Source of the DNA: a candidate division WOR-3 bacterium
Lineage (GTDB): Bacteria; Hydrothermota; Tepidihabitantia; Tepidihabitantales; Tepidihabitantaceae
Assembly: GCA_965649225.1 (NCBI GenBank)
Contig: CBFGJX010000007.1
Location: 1-64,000 of the forward strand
Length of the DNA: 64,000 nt
Direction of reading: 5' to 3'
Part shown: piece by piece, positions 45,912-55,856 of the stretch
How positions within the stretch are numbered: the stretch's first letter is position 1
Layout of the letters: each line of letters starts with the position of its first letter
Notes under the pieces: model-generated
What the model was told of the DNA's origin: nothing
Databases searched by the model: none
Seen by the model: only the letters and a program-made list of their open reading frames with translations
Translations under genes and position numbers: made by a program

Positions 45912-48329
45912 ATGTTTCTGCTTTTTCTGCTGTCGTTCTACAGCAGCACCAATCAGCTCGACATCAACCGGGCGACGCTGGAACAGATTCGACAGTTGCC
46001 GGTCGATACTGCTACTGCCCGGCGGATATATGAACGGGTTGAGCTGTTTGGTCGGTTGAACAGTGTCTACGAGCTGCTGCGGGTTCCCGGAGTCAGCTAC
46101 GAGAAGTTCGCCGAGCTGAAGCCGCTGGTCTACGTTTCGCCACCGAGCTGGGAGGAGAATCGGCTGAACACGATTCAGCGTATCCAGCGCCGGCTGGCGT
46201 CGGAAGAGGGACCGACTGCTGCGGCAGTCGAGCAGTGGCAGGACCTGCTGGTAACGCCGATAAACATTAACCGGGCGTGGGTTGACGACCTCCTGGTGCT
46301 GGACAATGTATCGCTGGTCGATGCAGTGGCGGTGGTCAAGTTCACCGGCGCCGGCGGCAAGCTGTCGGGCCGGCGCGACCTCGCTAACCAGGTACCGGGG
46401 CTGTCGTCCTACGGCTACCGCAGCCTCAGAGATTTTGTCACCTTTGATGATGTCAAAGGGCTGGCGTTCAGTGGTAACTACCGGGCGAACTACGACGGCG
46501 ACCCCAACTGGTTTGTTTCGGCCGGCAGTGCCGAGTTCGATCAGGCACTGGCCACGCTTGACGCGGACACTCTTGAGTTTCGCAATGCCGGCTACACCGC
46601 CGAACAGATTGAGTTCTTCCGTGCGCGTTTGATTGATTCGCGTTCGTTCCGGACGGCGATGGGCAATCAGTCCAGCATCCGTCACCGGTTGCGCGTGCGG
46701 CTCGGCGAACCGTTCCGTCTCGGCGGCTGGGCAGTGCAGAAGCTCTACACCGGCCAGCCGGTTGATGAGTACAAACTGTTTGCCTCCGCCAGTGGCATCG
46801 GGCCACTGCGCAAGGCAATCGTCGGTGATTACCGGCTGACGCTGGCTCAGGGCCTGCTGATGGACAATAACTCCGAGCTGGTCGCGCGGGTTCACGAGCG
46901 TACCGTCGGCCTGTACAGTGACCTGTCGGAAAACCCCGGTTTCGGATTGCGCGGCGGCGCGTTTGACATCGGGACCGGACGCCAGGGCGGCGGTGTGCTC
47001 GGCTTCTATTCGTGCAGCCGCCGTGATGCCATTCTCAACCCGGACAGTTCGGTGAACTACTATATTGTGTCAACACCGCGTTATCCGGCTTTCCGGAACA
47101 AGTTGCAGGAGACTGACTACGGTGGCAGTGCTTATCTTGACCTGTCCGGGGTTGGTTTCCTCCCGGTCGGTACGCGGCTGGCGTTTAACGGACTCCGAAT
47201 AGCTTATGACCGACCGTTTCGGCCTGATGCCCGCTGGCTGGAGCTGCCCGGAGATTCCGATACGCTTGAAGACCCGAATTACACCGCGTTGGACAGTGGC
47301 AGTACCCGGTTTTACTACGGGATAGACTTCCGCACCGTAGTCGAGAATTTCTCGTTCGAGGGCGAGCTGGCGTTGAAACCGAAAACCGGGAGCGCATCGG
47401 TGCGGGGCTGGCTGCCCACACAATCTGTACCGAAGGCGATGATAGTCAAGGGCCGGACACAGTATGATTATCTCTATGTAACGGTGCTTTACCGGCGTTA
47501 TGATGTCGGTTACGACAATCCCTACAATCGCGGTTTTTCCGAGCAGGCACGTTTTGAGGACACACCGCTCGAGAAGCCGTACCGGCTGATTGATCCGGTT
47601 TTCGCCGCGCTGCAGGATTTTCCTTTGCCCAAGGCCGAAGAGGGTGTATTTGCCGACATGCGCTACCAGGTCGGACGGCAGATAACTTTCACCCGCGTCT
47701 ATGTTGACATCTGGCGTAATCTCGCCTGGGGAGCCGACAACGTCAGATTCCAGGGCGAGGTGGAATACCGGCCCGTCTTTCCCTTGCGGCTGCGTTTCAA
47801 GCAGAAACTCCAGTCCAAGGAGCTGCCGAAGCTCGCCGGCGCGACAAGGTCAAACACGCTCGAAAGCTCAATCAGAGCAATGGCCAGTCTGTCGAACTGG
47901 GACTGGCTCACCGGCGAGGTTCGGCTTGGAAAGGTGCTGCTGACGCCAACCTTGCGCTATACCGACCAGTCAAGCATCTCGGGCAACTTCGTTTCGGTTC
48001 AGTGGGAGCATAATTTTTCCAACGACCTGCAGGGTGAACTTGGAGTTGCGGCGTGGATGACGCGGGGTATGTCGCAGTGGGCTTTTGAGGACAATGGTAT
48101 TGACTTTCTCGAGGGGCAGGGTTTGCGCTGGTACGCGGCCTTGACGGACCGCATCTCGGACAACCTGCTGGTTTATTTCAAGGTTCGGCACAAGTTGAGC
48201 GAGTTTCCGCACACCGGTCTGGGCGGCCGGGAGGGATTGCACTATCGGAATAGCCTTGAGCCGGTGCGTGATTTTGTGTCGCGCGAGGAAACTCTGACAC
48301 TTTCCGTTCAGTTCGATTTGCTTTGGTAG
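45912..48329 (+). CDS. Outer-membrane protein with two ComEA-like helix-hairpin-helix units fused to a putative beta-barrel
   Basis: LDINRAT.EQI..LP....A.RI......G....V.EL..VPGV and ININRA...DL..L...V..A..VV...G....RDL...VPGL. Beta-strand-rich remainder ending QFDLLW. Confidence 0.75.
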   Translation: MFLLFLLSFYSSTNQLDINRATLEQIRQLPVDTATARRIYERVELFGRLNSVYELLRVPGVSYEKFAELKPLVYVSPPSWEENRLNTIQRIQRRLASEEGPTAAAVEQWQDLLVTPININRAWVDDLLVLDNVSLVDAVAVVKFTGAGGKLSGRRDLANQVPGLSSYGYRSLRDFVTFDDVKGLAFSGNYRANYDGDPNWFVSAGSAEFDQALATLDADTLEFRNAGYTAEQIEFFRARLIDSRSFRTAMGNQSSIRHRLRVRLGEPFRLGGWAVQKLYTGQPVDEYKLFASASGIGPLRKAIVGDYRLTLAQGLLMDNNSELVARVHERTVGLYSDLSENPGFGLRGGAFDIGTGRQGGGVLGFYSCSRRDAILNPDSSVNYYIVSTPRYPAFRNKLQETDYGGSAYLDLSGVGFLPVGTRLAFNGLRIAYDRPFRPDARWLELPGDSDTLEDPNYTALDSGSTRFYYGIDFRTVVENFSFEGELALKPKTGSASVRGWLPTQSVPKAMIVKGRTQYDYLYVTVLYRRYDVGYDNPYNRGFSEQARFEDTPLEKPYRLIDPVFAALQDFPLPKAEEGVFADMRYQVGRQITFTRVYVDIWRNLAWGADNVRFQGEVEYRPVFPLRLRFKQKLQSKELPKLAGATRSNTLESSIRAMASLSNWDWLTGEVRLGKVLLTPTLRYTDQSSISGNFVSVQWEHNFSNDLQGELGVAAWMTRGMSQWAFEDNGIDFLEGQGLRWYAALTDRISDNLLVYFKVRHKLSEFPHTGLGGREGLHYRNSLEPVRDFVSREETLTLSVQFDLLW

Positions 48330-48343
48330 ACGGGAGAGAGCTG

Positions 48344-49504
48344 ATGAAGTTTTTGCCCATTTTGATGCTGGTGGGGATGAGCGCAGGGCTAGCGGTCGGG
48401 CAGATTCCGGCCCGGGACTGGTGGGGAGAGGAGGTTGCTTTTGTCTCCGCCCGCAGTCTGGCGACGGGTGGTGTTTCACTGCACGAATCGCGACCGGCGG
48501 CGTTGTTTGTCAATCCGGCGCTGCTTTCGGTCGAGCGCTACTTCGCCGTTGAGGCAACGGGTATTCTGCGGCTGCGAATCGAGCAGCGGACACGGGTGGT
48601 CTACGATAACTTCGAAAACGCTTTGGGTGAGGCGGCTTTCGCCGACAATTATGGTTCGAACGCTCTGGCCGGACCGATGGCAGCCGCGGGCAGGCTCGGG
48701 CTGGTCGTAGTCGCAGCCGGTGCCCGACCGGTCCGAGATTTCAGCTACGATTATCTGAAGGAGTACCGCGACGACTTCTACGTGAAGATTGGCGAGGAGC
48801 GTGTCCATCAGTTCGGCAGTCTCTACAACGTTGGAGTGGGTGCAGCCGCGCGTCCGGTTAGCTGGCTTGGTCTCGGGGCAGCGGGTGGCTACTGCTTCGG
48901 CACTCGCAGTTTCGAATCGGTCGTGATTGACGGCCGGGACACGGTCTCGGTAGCGGAGTCGGGCTGGCCAAACGGGATGACTTGGCATGTCGGTGCGCTG
49001 CTGGTGCCGATTCGGCGGCTGTCGATTGCTGCCGACCTTCGGGGTGGCACAAAATTGAGTGATTGGCGAAAAGCGGACAGCGTTGTTTCGGCCGAGGCCC
49101 GTAGTTATCCGGCGTCTGCCGGCATCTCGGCTTCGTACCGGGCGGCAGGAGACTTGCCATCGACAATCACGCTCGAAACAAGGTATCAGGACTGGTCTGA
49201 AGTGGACAGCGGATTGAGCCCGGTGTTCAGCGTGCGGGTTGGGGTCGAGCACCTGCTGCCGACGATGGTTGCGTTGCGCTACGGATTCGGGGTTGAGCCG
49301 ATGGCGGTCAATCCGTCGGTGCATGTTGCCAACGTGGGTTTTGGCGTTGGATTCGACGTGGGGGCAATGCGCATCGATCTCGGATTGGGGCACTCGCGGG
49401 CCGTGATTGGCGGAAATGAGTTCTATCGACCGTTGGCTGAGGATGGAGTGAAGGTCTATGAGAACCGAACCACGTTCGCTGTTACTCTCAGTCGCGGTTT
49501 TTAG
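48344..49504 (+). CDS. FadL/PorV-like outer-membrane beta-barrel
   Basis: Signal peptide. SARSLA.GG...A.F.NPALL, alternating beta strands, terminal F. Confidence 0.65.
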   Translation: MKFLPILMLVGMSAGLAVGQIPARDWWGEEVAFVSARSLATGGVSLHESRPAALFVNPALLSVERYFAVEATGILRLRIEQRTRVVYDNFENALGEAAFADNYGSNALAGPMAAAGRLGLVVVAAGARPVRDFSYDYLKEYRDDFYVKIGEERVHQFGSLYNVGVGAAARPVSWLGLGAAGGYCFGTRSFESVVIDGRDTVSVAESGWPNGMTWHVGALLVPIRRLSIAADLRGGTKLSDWRKADSVVSAEARSYPASAGISASYRAAGDLPSTITLETRYQDWSEVDSGLSPVFSVRVGVEHLLPTMVALRYGFGVEPMAVNPSVHVANVGFGVGFDVGAMRIDLGLGHSRAVIGGNEFYRPLAEDGVKVYENRTTFAVTLSRGF

Positions 49505-51014
49505 TCTGCTGTTCGGTTCCGCGGCACTGGCAGCCGGGAAGGCGGAATCGAGGGTCAAGCGGCTCTATATCGTTCACACCAATGACATTCATGGTGCGCT
49601 GGAGCCGGCGACCGCTTTCTGGATCAACCGTGATTTTCCGCCGCCGCTGGCCAACGCACCAGGAGCCTTGACAGTAATCCGCCGGCTGCGAGCTGAGGCG
49701 GAGCGCAAAGGCTATGGTTTTCTTCTACTCGATGGCGGCGACGTGTTCAAGGGTACACCACTGGGTGATTTTACCCGGGGGCAGGCAGTCGTTGATTTCT
49801 TCCGGCGGGCTGGATACGACGCCGTCGCAGTCGGCAACCACGACTTCGATTTTGGCTGGCCGGTGCTGAGGGCGATGGCCGAGTGCTCGGCCGGCATACC
49901 CTGGATTGTGACAAACGTTCGAGTTTCCGGGACCGATACGACACCCGGGTTTCTGCGTTCGAGCGTTTTGTTTGAGCGGGGCGGGTTGAAGATCGGGGTA
50001 TTCGGTCTGATTACCAAGTACCTCAGTGGGATGGTCAACGACTCAATGCGGGGGGCGATTGATGTCCTGCCTTATGAAGATGTTGCCCGCGCCGAAATTG
50101 CCGCACTGCGTCGAGCAGGAGCCGACATCATCGTTGCCCTGAACCACGTCGGACACCGTCACGATCAACGGTTGGCCGATTCAATCCAGGGTATTGATGT
50201 AATCATCGGCGCACACAGTCATACCGGTGTCAAGCCGCCTTACGAAGCACCGGCAAGCCATACCGTCATACAGCAGGCTTACAGCAAGCTTTCGACAGTC
50301 GGGCTGATCGAGCTGCGGTTTGACACGCACACCCGGCAGGTTGTCGGCTATGAGGGCCGGCTGATTGACCTGATGGCCGAGGCAATACCCTCGGACCGCG
50401 AGTATGCTGCCTTGCTCGATTCGGTCCGGGCAGTGGCAGAACACGGTTACGATGAGGTGCTGGGTTATTCCAAACGGGAGCTGACGCGGGGCGGTATGGC
50501 AGAAAACCCGGCCGGCAATCTGATTACTGATGCCCTGCGCGAGGAGTTTGGTGCCGACATTGCGTTCCATAACTCGGCCGGCATCCGGGCAAACATTCCG
50601 GAAGGCAAGGTAACCTATCGGGACGTTTACAAGGTTGATATCTTCGGCAACACCGCCGTTGTCGGGTTCTACACCGGGCGGCAGATCAGGGAAATCTGTG
50701 AAGTTTCCGTAAACGGGCACCATGCGATATTTCAGGTCTCGGGGCTGAAGATGACCTACACCAACCGACAGCCGATCGGACGGCGGGTGTTGTCGATAAC
50801 CGTCAACGGCGAGCCGCTCGACCCAGAGCGTCGGTACAAGGTCGTGACCAATTCTTTTCTTGCCTCGGGGACGGGAGAATATGGCGTCTTCGCCGAGGGC
50901 GAGGAGCTTGAAGATACCTTCCTGCCCCTGCGGGACGTGATTGCCCGTTATATCAGGCGTCATTCGCCGGTGGACGCACGGGTCGAGGGACGGATAGTGC
51001 TGGTTGACAAATAG
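49458..51014 (+). CDS. Exported 5'-nucleotidase/bifunctional metallophosphatase (UshA family)
   Basis: Signal peptide. HTNDIHG, LDGGD, GNHDFD, GAHSH, NSAGIRA, FGN, QVSGL. Confidence 0.92.
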   Translation: MRTEPRSLLLSVAVFSLLFGSAALAAGKAESRVKRLYIVHTNDIHGALEPATAFWINRDFPPPLANAPGALTVIRRLRAEAERKGYGFLLLDGGDVFKGTPLGDFTRGQAVVDFFRRAGYDAVAVGNHDFDFGWPVLRAMAECSAGIPWIVTNVRVSGTDTTPGFLRSSVLFERGGLKIGVFGLITKYLSGMVNDSMRGAIDVLPYEDVARAEIAALRRAGADIIVALNHVGHRHDQRLADSIQGIDVIIGAHSHTGVKPPYEAPASHTVIQQAYSKLSTVGLIELRFDTHTRQVVGYEGRLIDLMAEAIPSDREYAALLDSVRAVAEHGYDEVLGYSKRELTRGGMAENPAGNLITDALREEFGADIAFHNSAGIRANIPEGKVTYRDVYKVDIFGNTAVVGFYTGRQIREICEVSVNGHHAIFQVSGLKMTYTNRQPIGRRVLSITVNGEPLDPERRYKVVTNSFLASGTGEYGVFAEGEELEDTFLPLRDVIARYIRRHSPVDARVEGRIVLVDK

Positions 51015-51022
51015 GCTCGTCA

Positions 51023-52645
51023 ATGGCGTTCTGGCCGTTGCGCGTGGTGGATGATTCGGCTGTCGGCGCTCTTGCGACAGCAGCCGGTTTGCCTGTCCCG
51101 CTGGCACGTTTTCTGTGGCTGCGCGGGGTGCGCGACCCGGTTGCGGCGTCTGACTGGCTTGAGCCTAGCTTGAGCAAGCTGCACCCGGTCATGCTGCTGC
51201 CGGATATGCCGGTGGCAGTCGAGCGGCTGCAGCGGGCGGTGGCACGCCGTGAGCCTGTGCTGGTCTGGGGGCATGACGATCTGGATGGAATCACTGCCGC
51301 AACAATTCTGGTTCGGCTGTTTGGTCATCTGCGATTGCCAGTCAGTTACTACATTCCGGCCAAGGGTGTCGAGCCGCATGGTGTCAATCCGCCTCAGGTG
51401 CTGCGGTTGTTTGATGGCCAGCAGGGGCTTCTCGTCACGGTTGACTGCGGTATCACCAATCACCGCCAGATCGCCGAACTTGCCCGGTCCGGAATCGAGA
51501 CAATCGTTACCGACCATCACGAATTGACCAGTGGGTTGACTCCGGCAGTTGCGAATGTTGATGCCAAGCGGCCGGATTCGAAGTACCCGTACCGGGGTCT
51601 TGCTGCCGCCGGTGTCGCTTTCAAACTCGCGGCTGCGGTGGCCGAGGCGACAATCGGCCTCGGCTGCCGCGAACTGATATCGGCACTGCCCGAGCTTGTC
51701 GCGCTGGCAGTGCTGGGAACGGTCGCCGACCGGGTACCGCTGACGGGCGAGAATCGCTCGCTTGTCGCCGGCGGCATGCCGATACTGGAGTCGTCCCGGC
51801 TGCCTGCCATCAGAGCGGTCGTCGACCGGCTGCGCGGTCGCGGTGGAAAGCTGACGCTGCAGCAGTTTGTCTCGGCGCTGCTGCCGCTTTTCGCCGCTGC
51901 CAGCGGCAATGAAGGCGTGAGCCGGTTTCTTTCCGCGACGATGGATGAGGCCGAGGCGTGGGTTGATGAACTGGCACACCGGCGCGACGAGTGGCGGGCA
52001 GAAGTTGAGCGAAGCTTCGAGCTCGCCGACCGGGTGAAGGTTGTCGGTGACGGCATTGTGTTTGCCCGCAGTCGTGATTTGTCGCTCAGGACGCTGGGGT
52101 CCTGTGCTGCCCGGTTCAAGGACCGCCTGCAGTTGCCCGCAATAGTTCTGGGTTGGCGTGGTGATCTCTGGGTTGGCGAGGGACGGGGCATGGATGGCGT
52201 CAGTCTGATCGAGCTCCTCAAGGCTCATGCCGGTTTCTTCATCGACTACGGCGGACACCGAGCTGCGGCCGGATTCACTATTGCCGATGAACAGCTGGAT
52301 GGATTTCTGCGCAGCGCCGAGGCCTACGCTCATGAGCATTTCGCGGGCAGCATATTGCGGAGTGCCGGTCCGCAGGCTGATGCGCTGTTGCCGCTCCGAG
52401 ACCTTCGTCCCGAGTATTTCCGGCTTGGACCGTTTGGCGATGGCAATCCGCAGCCGGTTTTTGTGTCCGGCCCGGTCAGACTTGGTCTGCGGGGGCAGTC
52501 GCTCTATCCGGTTGAGCGACCGGAACTGACGCTGTGGCCCGGAGTCGACGTTGCCCCGATGACCGAACGACCAGTCGAGATTGCCTACACGATTGACGAT
52601 GAGGGCAGGGTGACTGTGCTGGGCCAGCGGTTCTTGCCAGACTGA
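51023..52645 (+). CDS. recJ: RecJ-like DHH-family ssDNA exonuclease (divergent)
   Basis: LPDM..AV.R, DDLDG, TVDCG, TDHH, GVAFKL, LGTVAD..PL..ENR, GGH..AAG, PFG.GNP.P. Confidence 0.8.
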   Translation: MAFWPLRVVDDSAVGALATAAGLPVPLARFLWLRGVRDPVAASDWLEPSLSKLHPVMLLPDMPVAVERLQRAVARREPVLVWGHDDLDGITAATILVRLFGHLRLPVSYYIPAKGVEPHGVNPPQVLRLFDGQQGLLVTVDCGITNHRQIAELARSGIETIVTDHHELTSGLTPAVANVDAKRPDSKYPYRGLAAAGVAFKLAAAVAEATIGLGCRELISALPELVALAVLGTVADRVPLTGENRSLVAGGMPILESSRLPAIRAVVDRLRGRGGKLTLQQFVSALLPLFAAASGNEGVSRFLSATMDEAEAWVDELAHRRDEWRAEVERSFELADRVKVVGDGIVFARSRDLSLRTLGSCAARFKDRLQLPAIVLGWRGDLWVGEGRGMDGVSLIELLKAHAGFFIDYGGHRAAAGFTIADEQLDGFLRSAEAYAHEHFAGSILRSAGPQADALLPLRDLRPEYFRLGPFGDGNPQPVFVSGPVRLGLRGQSLYPVERPELTLWPGVDVAPMTERPVEIAYTIDDEGRVTVLGQRFLPD

Positions 52646-53811
52646 TGCCGGCTAAGACAATTGAGGTTATCCGCAAGCGCGGCCGGGGGCGGCATCCATG
52701 GGTATTTTCCAATGAAGTTATTCGGGTGGTCGGTAATCCGCAGGGCGGGGATACGGTGCGGGTGTTTGAGCGGGGCCGGTTTGTTGGCTCAGCGGTCTAC
52801 AACCCGTTTTCCCTGATTCGTGCCCGACTCTACTCAACCGCCGATGAAGAGCTTGATGAACTGCTGGTGACCCGGCGGATCGAAAGCGCGCTGGCACTGC
52901 GCCGGGAGCTGCTGGCGGGCGAGGAGGATTTCCGCCTGCTCTACGGTGAAAGTGATGGTCTGCCGGGGCTGGTCATTGACAAGTATCGCAACCACTTTGT
53001 CGTTCAGGCGTACTCGGTCGCCATCGATCATCGGCTGGACATGATTGCTGCCGTATTGCGGGAGCGGCTCGGGGCCGATTCGGTGTTCGAAAAGGATGAC
53101 TTTCGACTGCGCGATGCCGAAGGGTTGCCGCGTCGGGAGCGGCTGCTGTGGGGTGAGCCACAGTCGCGGGTAATGATCGCCGAGAGCGGAGTGAGGTATC
53201 TGGTTGATATCGTTGCTGGTCAGAAGACCGGCTACTACTTCGACCATCGGCTTACCCGTCGGGCGGTGAGGAATGTGGCGGCGGGGCGACGAACACTGGA
53301 CGTCTTTGCCTACACCGGTTCATTTGCGATTAATGCGGCGCTGGGGGGGGCAAAATGGGTGCTCGGCGTTGATGCGTCTGCCGCTGCGGTCCGGCTGGCC
53401 GGTGAGAATGCCGCAATCAACGGTGTTGCCGAGCGCTGCCGGTTTGAGGTCGGCAATGCCTTCGACCGGCTTGCCGAGCTGGAATCAGCCGGCGAAAAGT
53501 TTGACCTGGTCTGTCTTGACCCGCCCGCGTTCATCAAGGCGCAGAAAGACCGGGCACGCGGTCTGCGCGCCTACCGCCAGATCAATGCGCGGGCGATGCG
53601 GCTGGTTGCACCGGGCGGGGTCATGTTCAGCTCGTCCTGTTCCCACTATCTATTCTGGCAGGACATGCTGGATATGCTCATCGCGGCAGCCGACGAGGCC
53701 GGCCGTCCGGTAACGATACTTGACCGGCTCACCCAAGGGCCGGATCATCCGGTTCTGCTTGCCTGTCCGGAGTCAGAGTATCTGCGCTGCTTTGTTCTCA
53801 GAGTCGGCTAG
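52645..53811 (+). CDS. rlmI: RlmI/RlmK-family SAM-dependent rRNA methyltransferase
   Basis: PUA GRHPWVFSNE, ESDGLPGL..D, GQKTG, LD.F.YTG.F, DPPAF, SSCS, YL.C. Confidence 0.88.
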   Translation: MPAKTIEVIRKRGRGRHPWVFSNEVIRVVGNPQGGDTVRVFERGRFVGSAVYNPFSLIRARLYSTADEELDELLVTRRIESALALRRELLAGEEDFRLLYGESDGLPGLVIDKYRNHFVVQAYSVAIDHRLDMIAAVLRERLGADSVFEKDDFRLRDAEGLPRRERLLWGEPQSRVMIAESGVRYLVDIVAGQKTGYYFDHRLTRRAVRNVAAGRRTLDVFAYTGSFAINAALGGAKWVLGVDASAAAVRLAGENAAINGVAERCRFEVGNAFDRLAELESAGEKFDLVCLDPPAFIKAQKDRARGLRAYRQINARAMRLVAPGGVMFSSSCSHYLFWQDMLDMLIAAADEAGRPVTILDRLTQGPDHPVLLACPESEYLRCFVLRVG

Positions 53812-53830
53812 TTTATTGAACGCGGTCCGG

Positions 53831-55222
53831 TCAACGCTGTAACCGCGGTGACCAGTCGGGCGAAAACGCGCCGGCGGTATTGGTGATCCGGCGTACGTTC
53901 GTGCCGTTCCAGTCCATGGTGTAGATTTCGTAGCTGCCGGTCCGGTTCGAACTGAAGGCGATGTGCAGCCCGTCCGGTGACCAGCAGGGTTCCTCATTGT
54001 TGCCGCTGCGCGTCAGCCGGGTGTAGGTTTCGCCAGTCAGGCTGGTGATGCAGATCTGGTTTGATCCGTCCGGCTGCCGCTGGACAAAGGCAATCAGGTC
54101 GCCTCGGGGCGACCAGGCGGGTGAAGTGTTATAACTACCCTCGTAGGTCAGCCGGCGCAAGTCGGTACCGTCGGCGTTGATGATATAGACCTGCGGGGTG
54201 CCGGTGCGGTCAGACACGAACGCAAGCTGGCGGCCATTCGGTGACCACGATGGCGAAATTTCAATCGCCCGGCTCTGAGTGATGCGGCGGACGTTGCGAC
54301 CGTCGCTGTCGATTATGTAAAGCTCGGACTGTCCTTCGTGGCTCATGGAAAGGGCAATTTGGCGACCGTCCGGCGACCAGGCAACGGTTGTGTTCAGACC
54401 GGGGCGTTCACTCAGAATTCTCACTTTGCGGGTGGCGATCTCCAGAGCGTAGGCGTTCAGGGAAAGTTTGCCGTAGGACGAATAGGCGATGCTGCGCCCG
54501 TCGGGTGACCAGGCGGGATAGAGCTTGAGCCCGCCGGACGATGTCAGCTGGGTCAGGTTGAAACCGTCGTAGTCGACGACTGCCAGTTCTTTGGTCTGAT
54601 GGTCGGTGCGTAGTGAAAAGACAATGCGGGTGCGGCTGACACCGTCTTCGCCAGTGAGCTGGGCGATGATTTCGTCGGCGACTCGATGGCAGAGCCAGCG
54701 CTGGTCGCCTTCGATCCGATAGGATTTGCTGGCGATGCGCCGACCGGCCAGAATGTCATGCAGACCGATTTCAATTGACGGTCCGGCGCGGGGCACGGTT
54801 ATCCGGCCGGTGACGAGGACTTCGGCGCCGGTGGTTGCCCAGCCCTTATAGTCTGGTCGATCAGGGCCGGTGGCGAAGCGCCAGCTTTTGCCCGAGTCCG
54901 GTTCTTCAAAAGTGAAGTGCAGCGAAAAGCGCAGGTCGGCAGCGATGACCGACCGCAGGCTTTCAGCGAGTGGTGCGAGGGCATTTTTTTCGGCGGTGAA
55001 GGGAGCAATTACCAGATTGAGTTTCCGGCGGCTGCCGGAAGCAGTGAGTTTGAGCCAGAGCTCGTCGGCGGGTATTTCGGCCGTGGGGCGGAGGCTGTCG
55101 TCGGTCTGGGCAGCGGCGAAGGATATTACTGTGGTCAGCAGAGCAGCGGTTACAAGGGGGAAGGGGCGGAGTGTCGGCAGCCGGCGGGCGCTGGTGGCAG
55201 AGCGGTGACTGGTCAGTGTCAA
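53831..55222 (-). CDS. tolB: TolB-family periplasmic beta-propeller protein
   Basis: TolB_N (I.ADL..S, H..AD.I...LTG..G...TRI.F, DYDG) plus six P.WSP.G PD40 repeats. Confidence 0.85.
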   Translation of the reverse strand: MTLTSHRSATSARRLPTLRPFPLVTAALLTTVISFAAAQTDDSLRPTAEIPADELWLKLTASGSRRKLNLVIAPFTAEKNALAPLAESLRSVIAADLRFSLHFTFEEPDSGKSWRFATGPDRPDYKGWATTGAEVLVTGRITVPRAGPSIEIGLHDILAGRRIASKSYRIEGDQRWLCHRVADEIIAQLTGEDGVSRTRIVFSLRTDHQTKELAVVDYDGFNLTQLTSSGGLKLYPAWSPDGRSIAYSSYGKLSLNAYALEIATRKVRILSERPGLNTTVAWSPDGRQIALSMSHEGQSELYIIDSDGRNVRRITQSRAIEISPSWSPNGRQLAFVSDRTGTPQVYIINADGTDLRRLTYEGSYNTSPAWSPRGDLIAFVQRQPDGSNQICITSLTGETYTRLTRSGNNEEPCWSPDGLHIAFSSNRTGSYEIYTMDWNGTNVRRITNTAGAFSPDWSPRLQR

Positions 55223-55224
55223 GG

Positions 55225-55851
55225 TTAGTTGATTAGCCTGAGCCAGTCGTGGAGCAGGAAATAGAAGCGCCCGATGAGAAGTGAGATACGAGCCATCACG
55301 GTGTAGCCGAATGACGCACCGAAGGCGACCATGATGAAGACGATCCCAATTCGGGAAAAGAGTCCGAGCGCCCCCTTGTGCTCACGGGAGAAGTAAAAAT
55401 AAACCAGGGTGGTGATGACGCCGATGTAGAGAAAGAAGTTGTTCACCGTCACCAGCGGCCGTAGGGTATCGGTTATCTGAGGGAGCAGGTAGCCCTGCAC
55501 AGAAGCGACCAGTCCGAGTCCGGAGCCGATGCCGATGGTGAAGGCAATCGGCCAGCGTGACAACCAGGTCAGTCCGGGAATTGAGCGGGCAAGCATCAGC
55601 AGGCCGAGCGCTGCCGGTACAATCAGAATCCAGGCTTCAAGGTAGTTGCGGCTGGCAAGGTTGCTACGGAACGCCTCGACCAGCATCGGATAGACATCAA
55701 AAGACCAGGCATAGATTACGGCGAATCCGGCAGAAATGCCGACGTAGATGTGTTCAGCGGCCTTATAGAGCGGATTGTCTTTGAACAGGAAAGAGAGAAT
55801 GGCGATCGTCAGTGTTGCTGCAACCCAGGTGCCGATAAGCGATAGCAGCAT
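55225..55851 (-). CDS. Uncharacterised multi-pass membrane protein
   Basis: About 6-7 hydrophobic segments. SFL.KDNP.Y..AEH.YVG, YF.FS, FGA.FG.TVM.R.SLL..R. Confidence 0.75.
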   Translation of the reverse strand: MLLSLIGTWVAATLTIAILSFLFKDNPLYKAAEHIYVGISAGFAVIYAWSFDVYPMLVEAFRSNLASRNYLEAWILIVPAALGLLMLARSIPGLTWLSRWPIAFTIGIGSGLGLVASVQGYLLPQITDTLRPLVTVNNFFLYIGVITTLVYFYFSREHKGALGLFSRIGIVFIMVAFGASFGYTVMARISLLIGRFYFLLHDWLRLIN

Positions 55852-55856
55852 GTTCT

